Notes under the pieces: generated by a model
What the model saw: only the letters and a program-made list of their open reading frames with translations
What the model was told of the DNA's origin: nothing
Databases searched by the model: none
Position numbers and translations under genes: made by a program
Shown here: positions 26,737 through 38,776 of the stretch, one piece after another
How the letters are laid out: each line of letters starts with the position of its first letter
Position numbering within the stretch: the stretch's first letter is position 1
DNA from: Eledone cirrhosa
Taxonomy: Eukaryota
Direction of reading: 5' to 3'
DNA length: 64,000 nucleotides
Assembly: GCA_964016885.1 (NCBI GenBank)
Contig: CAXHJY010001078.1
Location: 1 to 64,000 of the forward strand

Positions 26737-26769
26737 ACCACCACCACCACCCCACTCTCTAAAAACCTG
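25911..26769. mobile_element. Putative non-autonomous hAT-like element
   Basis: TIRs caggtttttagag / ctctaaaaacctg; 8-bp flanks tatgcatt / aatgcatt (7/8 match); interrupts the CR1. Confidence 0.6.
26347..26702. repeat. Imperfect fold-back, arms about 175 bp, hammerhead-like cores at the centre
   Basis: aatgtaatctgagtttt...cccttcgtcagt-gagctgt-actggtgaaggg...aaaactcagattacatt. Confidence 0.9.
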
Positions 26770-28239
26770 AATGCATTGTTCACAGCTAGCTTGAGTTGCC
26801 AGTCTGTAATCCATTGTTGCATTGTGTTCAGGTCTGATTGCAGGCAAGACATTGAAAGCACAGAATTAAAAGCTTTAGCAAAGTCAAGGTAAACAACATC
26901 CACCCATGAGCCATCATCAGTGATCCGGGTGATGTCTTCAAGAAACTCGATAAGTTGATCACAGTAGCTGGATGTAGGGATGAATCCAAATTGCCAGGGC
27001 TGGATAAGACTGAGAGTTCCAGAAGTTCCAAAGCATTTCTTTAACACAGGATTCCATCAGTTTGGCAATGCAGCTAGTAAGACTGATTGGACGATAATTC
27101 ACAGGTGAAGTGCGGTCACCCTTTTTGAATAGAGGAATGACACTGGCAGTTTTTCACTGTTCTGGAGTAGCACCGTTGTTCAGACAGAATTGGAAGAAGT
27201 GTAATAGCTGGTGCAGAAGGAAATACCCACCACGCTTCAGAAGCAGGTATGTAACTACATCAAGACCAGGAGAGGCATGGTTGCGTTTATTTTTAAGGTG
27301 ACGTCGCAGCATTGCAGGTGTAAATTCCATAGTTGTAATAGAATCCGATGTCAGAGGTGGTGGAGACGGTACACTCTGGTCTTCAATAGTGAAAATGCCT
27401 GTATAGCATTCAGCAATGAGCTCTGCGCATTCCTCGGGGTTGTCAGTAACCTGGCTTGTGTGGGGATTGTGAAGAGGACCAACTGGAGAGTGAGGCCTCT
27501 GCTTCGAGTGAACATACTTCCAGAACACCTTACTGTCAGGGCTGGTTGCTATGCGCTGCTCAAATTGAAGCACTGCCTTTTTTGTCACCTGTTTGAGATG
27601 ATTGGATGATTTATTTCACTTCTTCCTATTGATGTCTGATTTATGCAGTTTGTACTCACGTTCAGCATTACAACGTTCTTTTCTGGCAAGACGGACTGCT
27701 GCAGTCTCTCAAATTGCACTTTTGGGATGTTTTTTCTGCTTACGTGGCACTGATGCTGCACATGCTGTCCATATTGAGCTTAGGATGTTCTGGAGTACAG
27801 TGTTGACATCTCCAGAGTCATAGAACTCAAGCCAGTTTGGACGTTGCAACTCGGTGCAGTAACAGTTCCAGTCTGCTTTATTCCAGTCAAAGTGAGCAGT
27901 TTGGAGATGTTTGTAGTTTTTGTTACTGCCCATGAGGGATAGATTGGCAATGATCATAGCATGATCAGAGTCACCTAAAGGTTCCTCAGCAGTAACACTA
28001 ATAACCATTTCAGGAGTAGTGGTGAAGAGTAGGTCCAAAATGTTGTCACCTCTTGTTAGGGAGGTGACTACTTGGGACCAGTTTGAGTCCAGTACTAGCT
28101 CAAGGAAGTCATTTGCACTTGGTGGCCAACGAAAGGTTTCCCAGTCAATCGCAGGGTGTGCACACACATATTTATAAGTATGTTGGTTTAGATCAAATTT
28201 TATAAGCCATCACATGCTCCCCTATATCTCATTCCCTTT

Positions 28240-29525
28240 TCATCATCATCATCATCAACGTTTAACGTCCATCTTCCACGCTTGCATGGGTTTGGACGGG
28301 AATTTTCCCACTTGAGGCAAGATTGGTTGTCTTGCTCGTATAGGACTGTCTGGCGGGTTTTCTATGGCTGGATGCCCTTCCTAACACCAAACACGTTTAC
28401 AGTGTGGACTGGGAGGTTTTTACCGTGTTACCTACACGGCCACATTACAGCGTGGACTGTGTGTTTTTTGTTGTGACACCTACACGACCTCATTTATTTC
28501 AGACTGGATGTTGTGGTACCAACATAACTTTACATCGAAAGGGGTGGTGTAGATGGGGCGGGGTGTATTTTTGTTAGAGGTGCCTACTGACTGTAGGTTT
28601 CGCTTTGAACTTAGGCAAGGCGGGTATTCTGTATTACTGTGTAGCGCCAAAGATCTCGGTCCAGTGACATTGTCTTGGAGAGGTGTAAGTGTGTGAGGTC
28701 GGAATTTATCAAGTCGTCCCAGGTTTTTCTGGGTCTGCCTACTCCGTGGCTACCGTCTATTTGTATCGCCCTGCACTTTTTTATACAGCAGTCGTCTTTC
28801 ATGCGCATCACGTGACCATACCAACGTAGTCTTCTCTCGAGTAAACAACATCTGATTCCTCTTATTCCTAATTTCTCCCTTAGTTCATTTATGCTTTGCC
28901 GTTCACGTATATTACTATTACACATCCAACGGAGCATTCAAGCTTCGTTCCTCTCCAGTCTGCGTATATCCTCTGCACACAATGCCCAAGTCTCACTGCC
29001 ATGTAACATTGCTGTTCGTATGCAGGCATCATACAGCCTGCCTTTCATTTTTAGAGAGAACCCTTTAGTGGCCAATAGTGGTATAAGCTCTCTGAACTTT
29101 TACCATCCCGTTCTGACTCTAGCTACTGTACTTTCAGAGCACCCTCCACCACTGCTGATTTTGTCACCCAGGTAACGGAAGGTGTCCACTATTTCTATAG
29201 AACCATCTCTGCAATGGAATGAGCTAGTATTCTGTGGGCACTTGCTGCTACTTATTGCACCTGAGCACCGGCCGCATATAAAATCTATATTCTTAGTTAG
29301 CTTACCTGTGATCCCACTACATCTTTTATGCACCTATACTTTGCATTTGGGACATAAAATGGAGTTTCTGCCTACTCCTTTCCTACACACTGAGCATGGC
29401 TATTTCCCAGATGGGACCAGTGCCCTATTTTCCTTCCTACAAACTAGAACTTTAGTCTTAGACAGGTTAATTTTAAGGCCTTTTGATTCTAGGCCATGTT
29501 TCCATGTTTGGAATTTCTTCTCTAG
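28240..29525 (-). mobile_element. 5'-truncated RTE LINE (PHD-type) with extended 3' module
   Basis: HKRCSG...[37 protein letters not shown]; stop at 28611, then about 370 bp ending in the RTE tail and (gat)n. Confidence 0.93.
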
Positions 29526-30212
29526 TTATGTATATTATTTATTTATGTAATTTCACAGCAGTATGGCAATAAATTCATAGCAGCATGTTTTACCTGTTCA
29601 ATTTACAGACAAACCTACGAAGCTTTTTTTAAATGGCTTTAATATGTTGGATATGTTGGATAGCATATCCAAACTATAAACAGGATAACAACAGTTATAA
29701 GGCCCATGAATAGATTTTTCAACCTGTTAATTTTCTGTTTAAGTAATTTAAAAAACTGTTTCAATTATTTCTACTGAATAACACAAGTGTAATGCTGGTG
29801 AAAATGAGTGACATTGTGTGATGAAACCGTGAATTTCTGAGAGAGCTCAATTTAACTTTGATTCCTGGAAATGGATACAAAGTAAGATTTATATCAACAA
29901 AATAGTGATCAGTGACCTACTTTTGTTTTTAGAAGGATATTTATCTAATGTCTCTGTTAATAAGTTTAATATAATCATTGCTGTGAAATCATGGGTGTAG
30001 GGCTGTATCCAAAGAAAGATGTAAATAGAAATGTCACTGTTGTTACACTATTTTAGAAGATTACAAAAGAAGGAAACAATAAAAAATTTCATGACTCAGG
30101 GCAGATCTCCTTAACTGTTTTTCAGCATTGCTGTGGTATTCATGCACAAAAACATCTATTAAAGATTCCTACTTTGTGATCTGGTGCTGAGGAATTATCA
30201 ACATTATGTACT

Positions 30213-30462
30213 TTTTGATATCAAACTGCCTAGAACCACTCCTGGTTCTACAATACAAAACTGTTTGTTTTAAAATGTTTATATTTATCTGAAAGACTTT
30301 CATCACATTCTTATGTAAGAATCTATTTTAAATTATGCCCCAAACACTAGCTTAATAATGAGAATGTTTAATTTTTAAATTCTTCCTGGTGCTTAATTTT
30401 CAAAATGATTTGCAAACTATAGGCAGTGTCTTTCATTGAAAATATAGTAATGGAAGGGTTAA
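30213..30462. mobile_element. Degenerate TTAA-type MITE, second family
   Basis: Ends in aaatatagtaatggaagggttaa; related relics at about 6735-6900 and 41590-41779. Confidence 0.5.
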
Positions 30463-31150
30463 CAAGCATTCCTCTCTCACTAGTCTGTACATATTGAATC
30501 TGAAACTCTCACTGGTGAAGTTGAGAATTCTGTTTGAGATTAGGCACATTAAATTAAAATACATTTACCTTACATAATTTGATGTTTTAATGTTGTTAGT
30601 TCAAATGCTTAATGTAAGGGAACATCCTAACATTTTGTCATTAAAGGGTTAATAGAATAATGAGCAGAAATAGATTTATATTCTTTCAATTGTTTATCCA
30701 CTGTTTTCCCACAAACATAGCGCTGTATTTAGACAACAAGAAATTATTTTTGTCTGATGTTATTGTGAGTACCCTCATCACCATAGTTATCATTTTAAGT
30801 AATTAAAAAAATCAAACAAATCAGAGTTTGGGGAAACTGGTGATGGTCAGTAATATTATAATTGTTGATCTTCATCATTTACAACATTAGCTTCAGTGTT
30901 CATAAAGTTGCTATCATTGTAACTCTCAGTGTTGTTGCCAGATTTGCTGCAACCAATACAATACTGTAGTTAATACAAAGAGTTTTGTTTTTGCTTTATT
31001 TATTGCAATTATTCTTGTTAGGTTGCTGTCATTAACCACTAGTAATTATATCTCTTGTGTTCCATTAATAATGGTGGGTAAACTTAGGCTATGCATGAAA
31101 GTGTATGTGTATGTATGTAAAGTATAAATGTTGTTTCTCTCTCTCTCTCT

Positions 31151-31203
<53 letters not shown>

Positions 31204-31346
31204 CACACTCACATAAAAACATATCTAAAGTAATATTAATATGTATATGTGTCTATTATATAACCTATATTTGTGTATATATATATATGATATAATATAA
31301 TTTTTGTTGTTTACATGTCTATATTATGTAATTTCCATATGTATAC

Positions 31347-31407
<61 letters not shown>

Positions 31408-32376
31408 ATATTGTGTATATATTTATGTTGTATAATGATATAATAATTGCATGTGTGTATCTACAAAAAGTAAACTGATATAAAAAATATGTAAAAAAAA
31501 ACCAAAATACTGAAAAGAATAGAAAAAGAAATATAAATACATGTGTAAAAACAATGGCTGGTACCCTTTTGGTAATACTCTCTAATTATCTTGCTCTTTT
31601 CAACATTGTTCTTTTGTCAGACCCAGTTCAAGTAAAATGCATTTTCAGAGTCAATTGAACAGTTGAGAATTTCTGACGCAAATTCGTTCTGATTGAGCAA
31701 CATTCAATACAATAGCAACAAGAAATAAAAAAAATAATAACAACATAAAAAGAAAAGAACAAGAAAGAAAAGCGAATGTTTATTTCAAAATTATATTGAC
31801 AATGATAATAATACAAATTATTATGCATTCATTTCTTCCGTCTGTAGTGAAGCACCACAATAGATACGAAGATTATAAAGAAAATAACATTAGTGTTTGA
31901 TTTTTAAATGTATAGGTTAATAATGATGAAAATAATAATAACAATTATGATGGTGATGATGATAATAATAATAATAATGATAAGTTTATTCTGGAAAATA
32001 GCCCACTCATTTGCATACAGTGGAATGAATTGATCTTGAGTTATAACTGGTACTTATTTAAGTGACTATAGAAAGATGAAAAGTTCTCACTGGTAGAATT
32101 GAAACAATCTGGCTATTCAACAGCTGAAAATAGACCTTTTGAATATAATTCTTGACAAAACTAAGTAGTGCTTGGCATCTAGTTTAGTCCTTTTACCAGT
32201 TCTGCTTTTATTTATTACAACCACAACACCAATAATGATGATATCTAACATAGGCACAGAGCCTCAAATTTAGGGGAAAGGAACAGTCAATTATATTGAC
32301 CACAGTATTTAGCTGGTATATTTTTTTTATTGACCATTGAAGGATAACAAGCAAAGTTGACTTCAGTGGAATTTAA

Positions 32377-32577
32377 CCCTTTAACATTTAAACTGGTTGT
32401 ATCCGGCCAGAATTCTATCACCTCTTTTTATTCAGACCGACTGTAACCGGCTGCTCATACAGATGTTAAAGTATTGTTCTCTAAATAAATAATATCAAAA
32501 TCTAATAGATTTCATATTATGTGAGATAATGTGTTTACCATGAAAATACAATAGTAAATATAAAGTAATGTAAAGGG
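32377..32577. mobile_element. piggyBac-like MITE inserted into an old SINE A (about 32235-32640)
   Basis: ttaa|ccctttaacatt...aatgtaaaggg|ttaa splits the SINE ggaattt-aactcag motif. Confidence 0.8.
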
Positions 32578-32992
32578 TTAAACTCAGTGTAAAGATCTGC
32601 AACAAATAGTACAAGGCATTTTATCCAATACACTAACAACAACAATAATAATAATCCCTAACTCACACTTTATCAATTAATAATTATAATAAGGATGAGG
32701 TTATTAATGATGAAGATAACAAATGGTATATGAAAAGATTGTGAAACTTCAGAGAAATAATAGGAAACTAGGTACTGTGTCTGAAAATATGACCTATGAT
32801 CAGCTGAACAATATAAGTTACAATGTTGGAGTAAACAGGCCTCGTTGCTGAATATCTGGAGATACTGTCTAACCTATGCTAGCATGGAAGATGGACGTCA
32901 AACGATGATGATGATGATACTGGTAAGGGCTTAATATTCAGTAAACAAAACTGGCAGAATAAACAACACAACTGTTGTACAAATTACAAAAT

Positions 32993-33192
32993 AATAGTTG
33001 TTTATAATTTAGGTGCAAAGCTAACGATATTTTGTAAGGAAGAGGAACATTGATTACATCGATCCTAGTACTTGACTAGTTCTTTAGGGTGAAAGGTAAA
33101 TTTGACCTCAGCAGGATTTAAACTCAGAATGTAAAGATCTGAAACAAATACTGCAAAGAATTTTATTTGAGGCTCTAATGATTCTGTCAATT
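32993..33192 (-). mobile_element. Diverged SINE family A
   Basis: gaaaggtaaatttgacctcagcaggatttaaactcagaat core. Confidence 0.7.
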
Positions 33193-33214
33193 CAATTCCT
33201 TTTACATAATAATA

Positions 33215-33750
33215 GTAATAATTTGTTGTTTTTTATTGTGAGGTTTCTAGCAATTGGTTGCTAGGTGAAGCACATTAATTAGCCTTAGATCAGTTCCTGA
33301 TCTCAGAGGCTCAATATATTGTGAAGGATTCTGGCAGTGTTAGTGATGGTAGAAATTTGAGTACTACCTATGAAATCAGGGAACCCAAGGATCTTAATGA
33401 AAGATGTAAGACATTTAGGGACCATGTCTAGTGCCCCAATGACAATTGGCATGACTTCTGTCTCAGCATGGTGATCAGTTCTGATAGCACCTGCAAGGTC
33501 TGCATACTTACTGATCTTTACCATTTCCTTTTCAGCCACATTGTGGTTTTCAGGGATTGCAATACAAATTAGAGTCCGTTTTGGTGGGGTTGTTTGTTTT
33601 TACAATATCAGGTGGACTTTATGGTTTTGATCTCAAGATACCAAAATAACTCTACTCCCTCACCTGATAGGAAGGATTCAAGAGGAGCATGTTCATACCA
33701 CTGACATTGCCTTTCTATGTTGTATTTTTTTGCACAACTCCCAATGGTCT
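33215..33750 (-). mobile_element. R4/Dong-type LINE 3' end (restriction-like endonuclease)
   Basis: WYEHAP...ELFW, PD, IAIP...AEKEMVKISKYADL...VMPIVIGAL..VPK...TARILHNIL*; ends in (taa)-like repeats. Confidence 0.85.
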
Positions 33751-33751
33751 C

Positions 33752-33978
33752 AGTAGTAGTGGTGTTGGTAGTAGTAGTAGTAGTGGTGGTGGTGCTGGTG
33801 GTGGTGGTGATAGTAGTTGTACTAGTTGTAGTAGTAGTGGTGGTGGTGGTAGTTGTGGTAGTGGTGGTGGTGGTAGTAGTAGTTGTACTAGTTGTAGTAG
33901 TAGTGGTGGTGGTGGTAGTTGTGGTAGTGGTGGTGGTGGTAGTAGTAGTTGTACTAGTTGTAGTAGTAGTGGAGGGGG

Positions 33979-34014
<36 letters not shown>

Positions 34015-34105
34015 ATAGTAGTAGTAGTAGTAATATTAGTAGTAGTAGTAGTAATATTAGTAGTAGCAGTAGTAGTAGTAGTAGTAGTAGTAGTAGCAGC
34101 AGCAA
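33752..34105. repeat. (GTA/GTG)n trinucleotide array with 66-bp higher-order repeat
   Basis: gtactagttg recurs at 33819, 33885 and 33951. Confidence 0.92.
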
Positions 34106-36003
34106 TGGTGAAAATTAGCATAAAAATCTATTAAAAATATATCACAAGCTGGAAGAAAGAAATAAAACAAATTAATAATGGATAATTTATATACTTCTGT
34201 AATTTTATTTATTTTAGTTCTGAAATTTTTGGGATCATTTCTTTAAATGCTATTTCTACATCATTTTGATAATTATAAACTCTAAATAATACACAGCACC
34301 CTTTGAAAAATAGTTCCTTAAAGTAGATTGTGTGTAGCAATGGGTTGGATTGAGAGAAAAGGAATATGATTATCATTATTAATATTTTAAGCTGTCAAAA
34401 CAGAATTAATATGAGGAAGTTTGTATATCACTTCCATATATAAAAGGTGGGTGGAGAACAACAACATCAACACTTTTCTATCCATAACAAAGGATGGTAT
34501 TGTATGGTGGCCTCTTGTTGTTGTTTCATCATTGTTTACCAACTGGCACAAAACAATTGTATTCATAATGCATTTCTCTCTCTCTCTCTCACACACACAC
34601 ACTTCCCCATTCACACATATACAAATCACTTCCCACCCATCCACAGACATGTGCAACATAGTCTACCACAAAATATATGATCAGATATATGCACATTGTA
34701 CACCTATTAAACTCACTTGAACACTAGCAAACATTCCAACTCCTTAGCATTAACATGCTGCACACCCATACACACAAAGACTTACACTCATATAAATGCC
34801 TATCTATTTTAATCATATACACACCACACATCGAAAGGCAAGCACACAGTTTCTTCCAAATAGGTATTCATGCACACATACACCCTCATGAAAGTACATA
34901 TGCTCACACACCAATACACAAATACACACATAGACATGTTCTTATATAAACACACACAGACCATTCAGGATACAGTAAAATATCTACATAGATCTGTAAA
35001 ATAAATATTCCATAAATATGTTAAAAGCCTGCTGATAGGCACACAAACAATATGGAATTATCAGATGTAAATGTATATATGCATATAAACATTCATACAT
35101 ACATATACACACATGACGATCTTCACACAATCATGCACACATTCATGAAAATATGCATATGTGCATATAAAACCACATGAACTTATTACAGAATTATATT
35201 TGCACATTAATACATGTTCATTCAACTTTACATTGTAAGAATTATAGACAGTATATATTTATGCAAATTAGACAGTTCTCACAGGCAAACACAAGCTACA
35301 TATACAAAGGTAAAAGAAACACACCCATCTGCAAACACACACTCAGTACCTTCTAAACAAGTTCCAGATAAACATAACTGTTTTGTGACAGTTGAAACAA
35401 TGACTATATTATCATTACATTTAATGCAGTGCTTGGTATGCTATCTGAAAAATGAAGTCTGTAATATATTTGCAATTTCTATTTCAAACAATTTCACGTT
35501 ACTCACAAAGGCTTTTAGCAAATGCTTGATTGTTACAACTTTTCTTTAGCTTCCCTTAAAAGGCTCAGAATTCCTTTACTTACCTAAGGAACAATAATGT
35601 TGATTTATTACTTGAGTACTTAGCTAAAATATTTTTACAGGGGTTAGAAAAGTGGGGAATGAGTCAAATTTAGTATATTACTAGTCATTTTATTGTTCCT
35701 CCAGTAGAATAAACAAAAAAAAAAAATCAACTTTATAGAAATTAAAGCTATAGATTGAAAGAAGGGTATTTAAATATTATAATGCTTCTAATCTAGCACT
35801 TTCCTTTCTCCAATAGGTTGAGGTTTATAGCCAAGACTGTACCAAAACTTAATGTTTTGTTGTATCCAATTTTAGAAGCTCGTTAATTCTAATTCCACCA
35901 GAATCAACCTTAACTTTCATATTTTTGAAGTTTATAAAATATCTTTCAGAAAAATAATACAGTTTTATGTAAATTTTAACAGTCTCCAAATTATTATTAT
36001 TAT

Positions 36004-36181
36004 TTGGCAGTATCTGTAGAGGGTCAGACGCCATGCTTTGACGCATAGAGTTACGGCCCTTGCCATTCTGAGTTCAAATCCCGCCGAAGTTAACTTTGCC
36101 TTTCATCCTTACGGGGTCGATAAAATAAAGTACCAGTAATGCACTGGGATAATTGCTGGCCTTGTGCCAAACGTAGAAACA

Positions 36182-36241
<60 letters not shown>

Positions 36242-36265
36242 GTTGTTGTTGTTGTTGTTGCTGTT
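36004..36265 (+). mobile_element. SINE family A with long (ATT)n(GTT)n tail
   Basis: Full core. Further copies at 36440-36635, 60272-60445 and 61994-62182; partial copies at 10969-11068 and 52953-53007. Confidence 0.9.
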
Positions 36266-37628
36266 GCCATGCAATATTTAGTTACAGCTCTTTATATTCT
36301 GAGTTCAACTCCTGCCAAGGTTAATGAAATAATGTATTGGACTCAATATCATGAATTTTCCCTGTCATCTAAAATTGCTGGCCTTGAGCTTAAATTAAAA
36401 ACCACTATTAATTTTATTATTATTAGAGTTATTATTATTAGGGCAGTAGATTGGCAGTATCGGTAAGCGTTGGACGCCCCTTTACGATCTGTGTTCAGAT
36501 CCCTGTGAGGTTGGCTTTGCCTTTCATCCTTGCAGGGTCGTTAAAATAAAGCACCAGTAATGGACTGGGGTCAATTTGATCGACTTTCCCCTCCTCCAAA
36601 ATTACTGACCTTGTGCCTAAAGTAGACACAATTAATTAGAGTTCTTTACATTCTAAGTTAAAATCCTATCGTGCTCAACTTTGCATTTTATCCTTGGAGT
36701 GTTTATAAAATATAGTACCAGTAAATTATTGAAGTCAATTTAATCATCTCGTCATTTCTACTCAAATAATTATGTTCTTAGTCTTGGTGCTAGTATCGTT
36801 TGTAAATATATTTTGCCTTTAAGAACGATTTGTAACTTTTAATTTTGTGTTATATATCTGTTTCTAGTAATTCTCTATTAGATAATTAATCTAGATATCT
36901 GTCTTTTTTTATTCATTATACCTGTTTCTAATAGAATAGTTTAATAGTTTTAGGGAAGCATTCTCCTCTAATGTTGAAATATATTCAAGTCAGATACTTC
37001 TCCAGGCTATTAGAGAGAATATGTATCACTATCGATATTAAATGTATCCTTTGTGACCACATATTTGCAATATCTTATTTAAGATTCTGATGTTCACCAC
37101 ATATTGTTTTTATCTCAATTCTAGTATTCCCAGTTATTGAAATATCAATTAATTCATGTTTTGCTAGATTTTTACTTGATAACTATACAGGGCTGGATGT
37201 TGAAATCCCAAAGAGATAGGTGATCTTACCATTTCTCTGTTCTTTCTATTTTTAAGAGAAATGTCTGTCTATACACACTCAAATTCACACAAATATATAT
37301 ATGAATGTATACATATATATATATTTGTATGTATACATATGTATATATATGTATGTATATAGCTCTTAGGTAACTACTCCATCTTTAGTCTAGTGTAAAA
37401 CTAAGAATAAAACTAGCATTTTCTAAATTACTTACAAACAAGAATAACATTCTATACACAAATGGGAAAAAGTAAAGACAATAAATATTTTCTTTTCTTT
37501 CTTGATCTCACAAAGCAGGGGTTATAATGATGTATTTGGTGACAGTTAAATCCAAAATAATTAAAAAGAAAGTCAAAGGGACCAATGATATTTTACTATA
37601 AAAGTTGAACTTATATACAATATTGCAG

Positions 37629-37823
37629 AAAAGAACGAGTGTCGAGACCCTCCGAAAGTGCATAATGCTGTACATGATGGGCCTGAGACCCAGAAGAAAT
37701 ACTCTGTTGGTCACATGCTTGAGTATCGATGTAACGAAGGTTTCACGGCTAGAAAGGAAAGTGTGCTCCGAGCATGGTGTGTCGGAGGTGAAGTGTGGGT
37801 TGGTCCTAACATGACATGTACTC
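37629..37823 (+). CDS. Internal coding exon encoding one Sushi/CCP domain (possibly lev-9/Hasp-like)
   Basis: ttgcag| acceptor and |gtaagt donor; 195 nt, phase 1-1, open frame xKNECRDPPKVHNAVHDGPETQKKYSVGHMLEYRCNEGFTARKESVLRAWCVGGEVWVGPNMTCT with the Sushi pattern C..PP, Y.C..GF, C, W..P...C. Confidence 0.9.
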
Positions 37824-38743
37824 GTAAGTAACAGTTTTTTGCAATGATAACACACACATGCACACACAGACAGACACACACACACACACACATATATATA
37901 AGTATATGTATATATATATATGTGTATGTGTGTGTGTATGAATATATACATATACATACAAATTTTTCATTAGTAAGAATGTTAATTGTATGTCAATCAT
38001 TTTCTTTTGTTTTCAATAAGCACACATACAATTAACAGATAAATAAATGTTCAATAATTTAAAATTAGGGACTGATTTATTCAGGGTTTCATGGTCAGTC
38101 AGTGATACATAGAAAAAGTCATTGAATGATGTGAAAATCTGAGTAGCAGCTTCTAAAATTTTGAATTTCCCAACATTTATATATGTATATGTATATACAA
38201 ATGTCCACTTGTAGTAGTCCACGGAAAATAGTGCATTTTGTTTTGCTTTCATTATTTTTTCTTCTCTTATAGCTTTTCTTTGTCAAATTGTTTTCTTTTC
38301 CAGGTGTATTCTTATAATTTTGCTCATTTAATAAATAGCGTGCTTCTTCTTGTTTTATTTATCTTATTTTTCTTTTTAATGGATTGTGCTTTGCTATATT
38401 TTACTGTTTGTCTTATGTTTTTATTTTCAAGAACAAACCTAGGAAACCAAATTACAGAGGAAAGCAACAAATTATTCAGTGACACTAGGTGTTTATTTGT
38501 GTACAGCATCAGACTATGTACAATAAATAGTCATACAACTGTTTTCATCAATTTCCAACATTATATATTAATTACATCAAGGAAGTCATTTTAGCCATTC
38601 AAAAACACACAAATCTGTTAACTTCACTTCATATTTATTGTTTAGTCTTTGCTGTCAAGATCTTCATGATTCTGTTCCTGGGTTGTTCACTGACACAGTC
38701 CTACTCTAACTCCTCACTCTCTTTATCTATTTATCTATCTATC

Positions 38744-38776
<33 letters not shown>

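Larger units (their letters stand above)
25110..28160 (-). mobile_element. CR1-clade LINE, 5'-truncated, split by an insertion at 25911-26769
   Basis: GDNILDLLFTT and PLGDSDH (APE end), DVVYLDFAKAFNSV (RT), RDLGITVSSDLRW, MVQPHLE, RGHAHKVRKQ...RKHFF..RVAEAW. Frameshifts and an internal deletion. Confidence 0.92.

Noticed and set aside
33608-34118. ORF resembling a signal peptide plus mucin-like poly-Thr
   Set aside because: Trinucleotide repeat fused to a Dong LINE fragment; no splice or other gene evidence.
38286-38320. Strong-looking splice acceptors (38302; also about 40055) as next exons
   Set aside because: The phase-1 frame stops within a few codons; polypyrimidine-AG is common in AT-rich introns.
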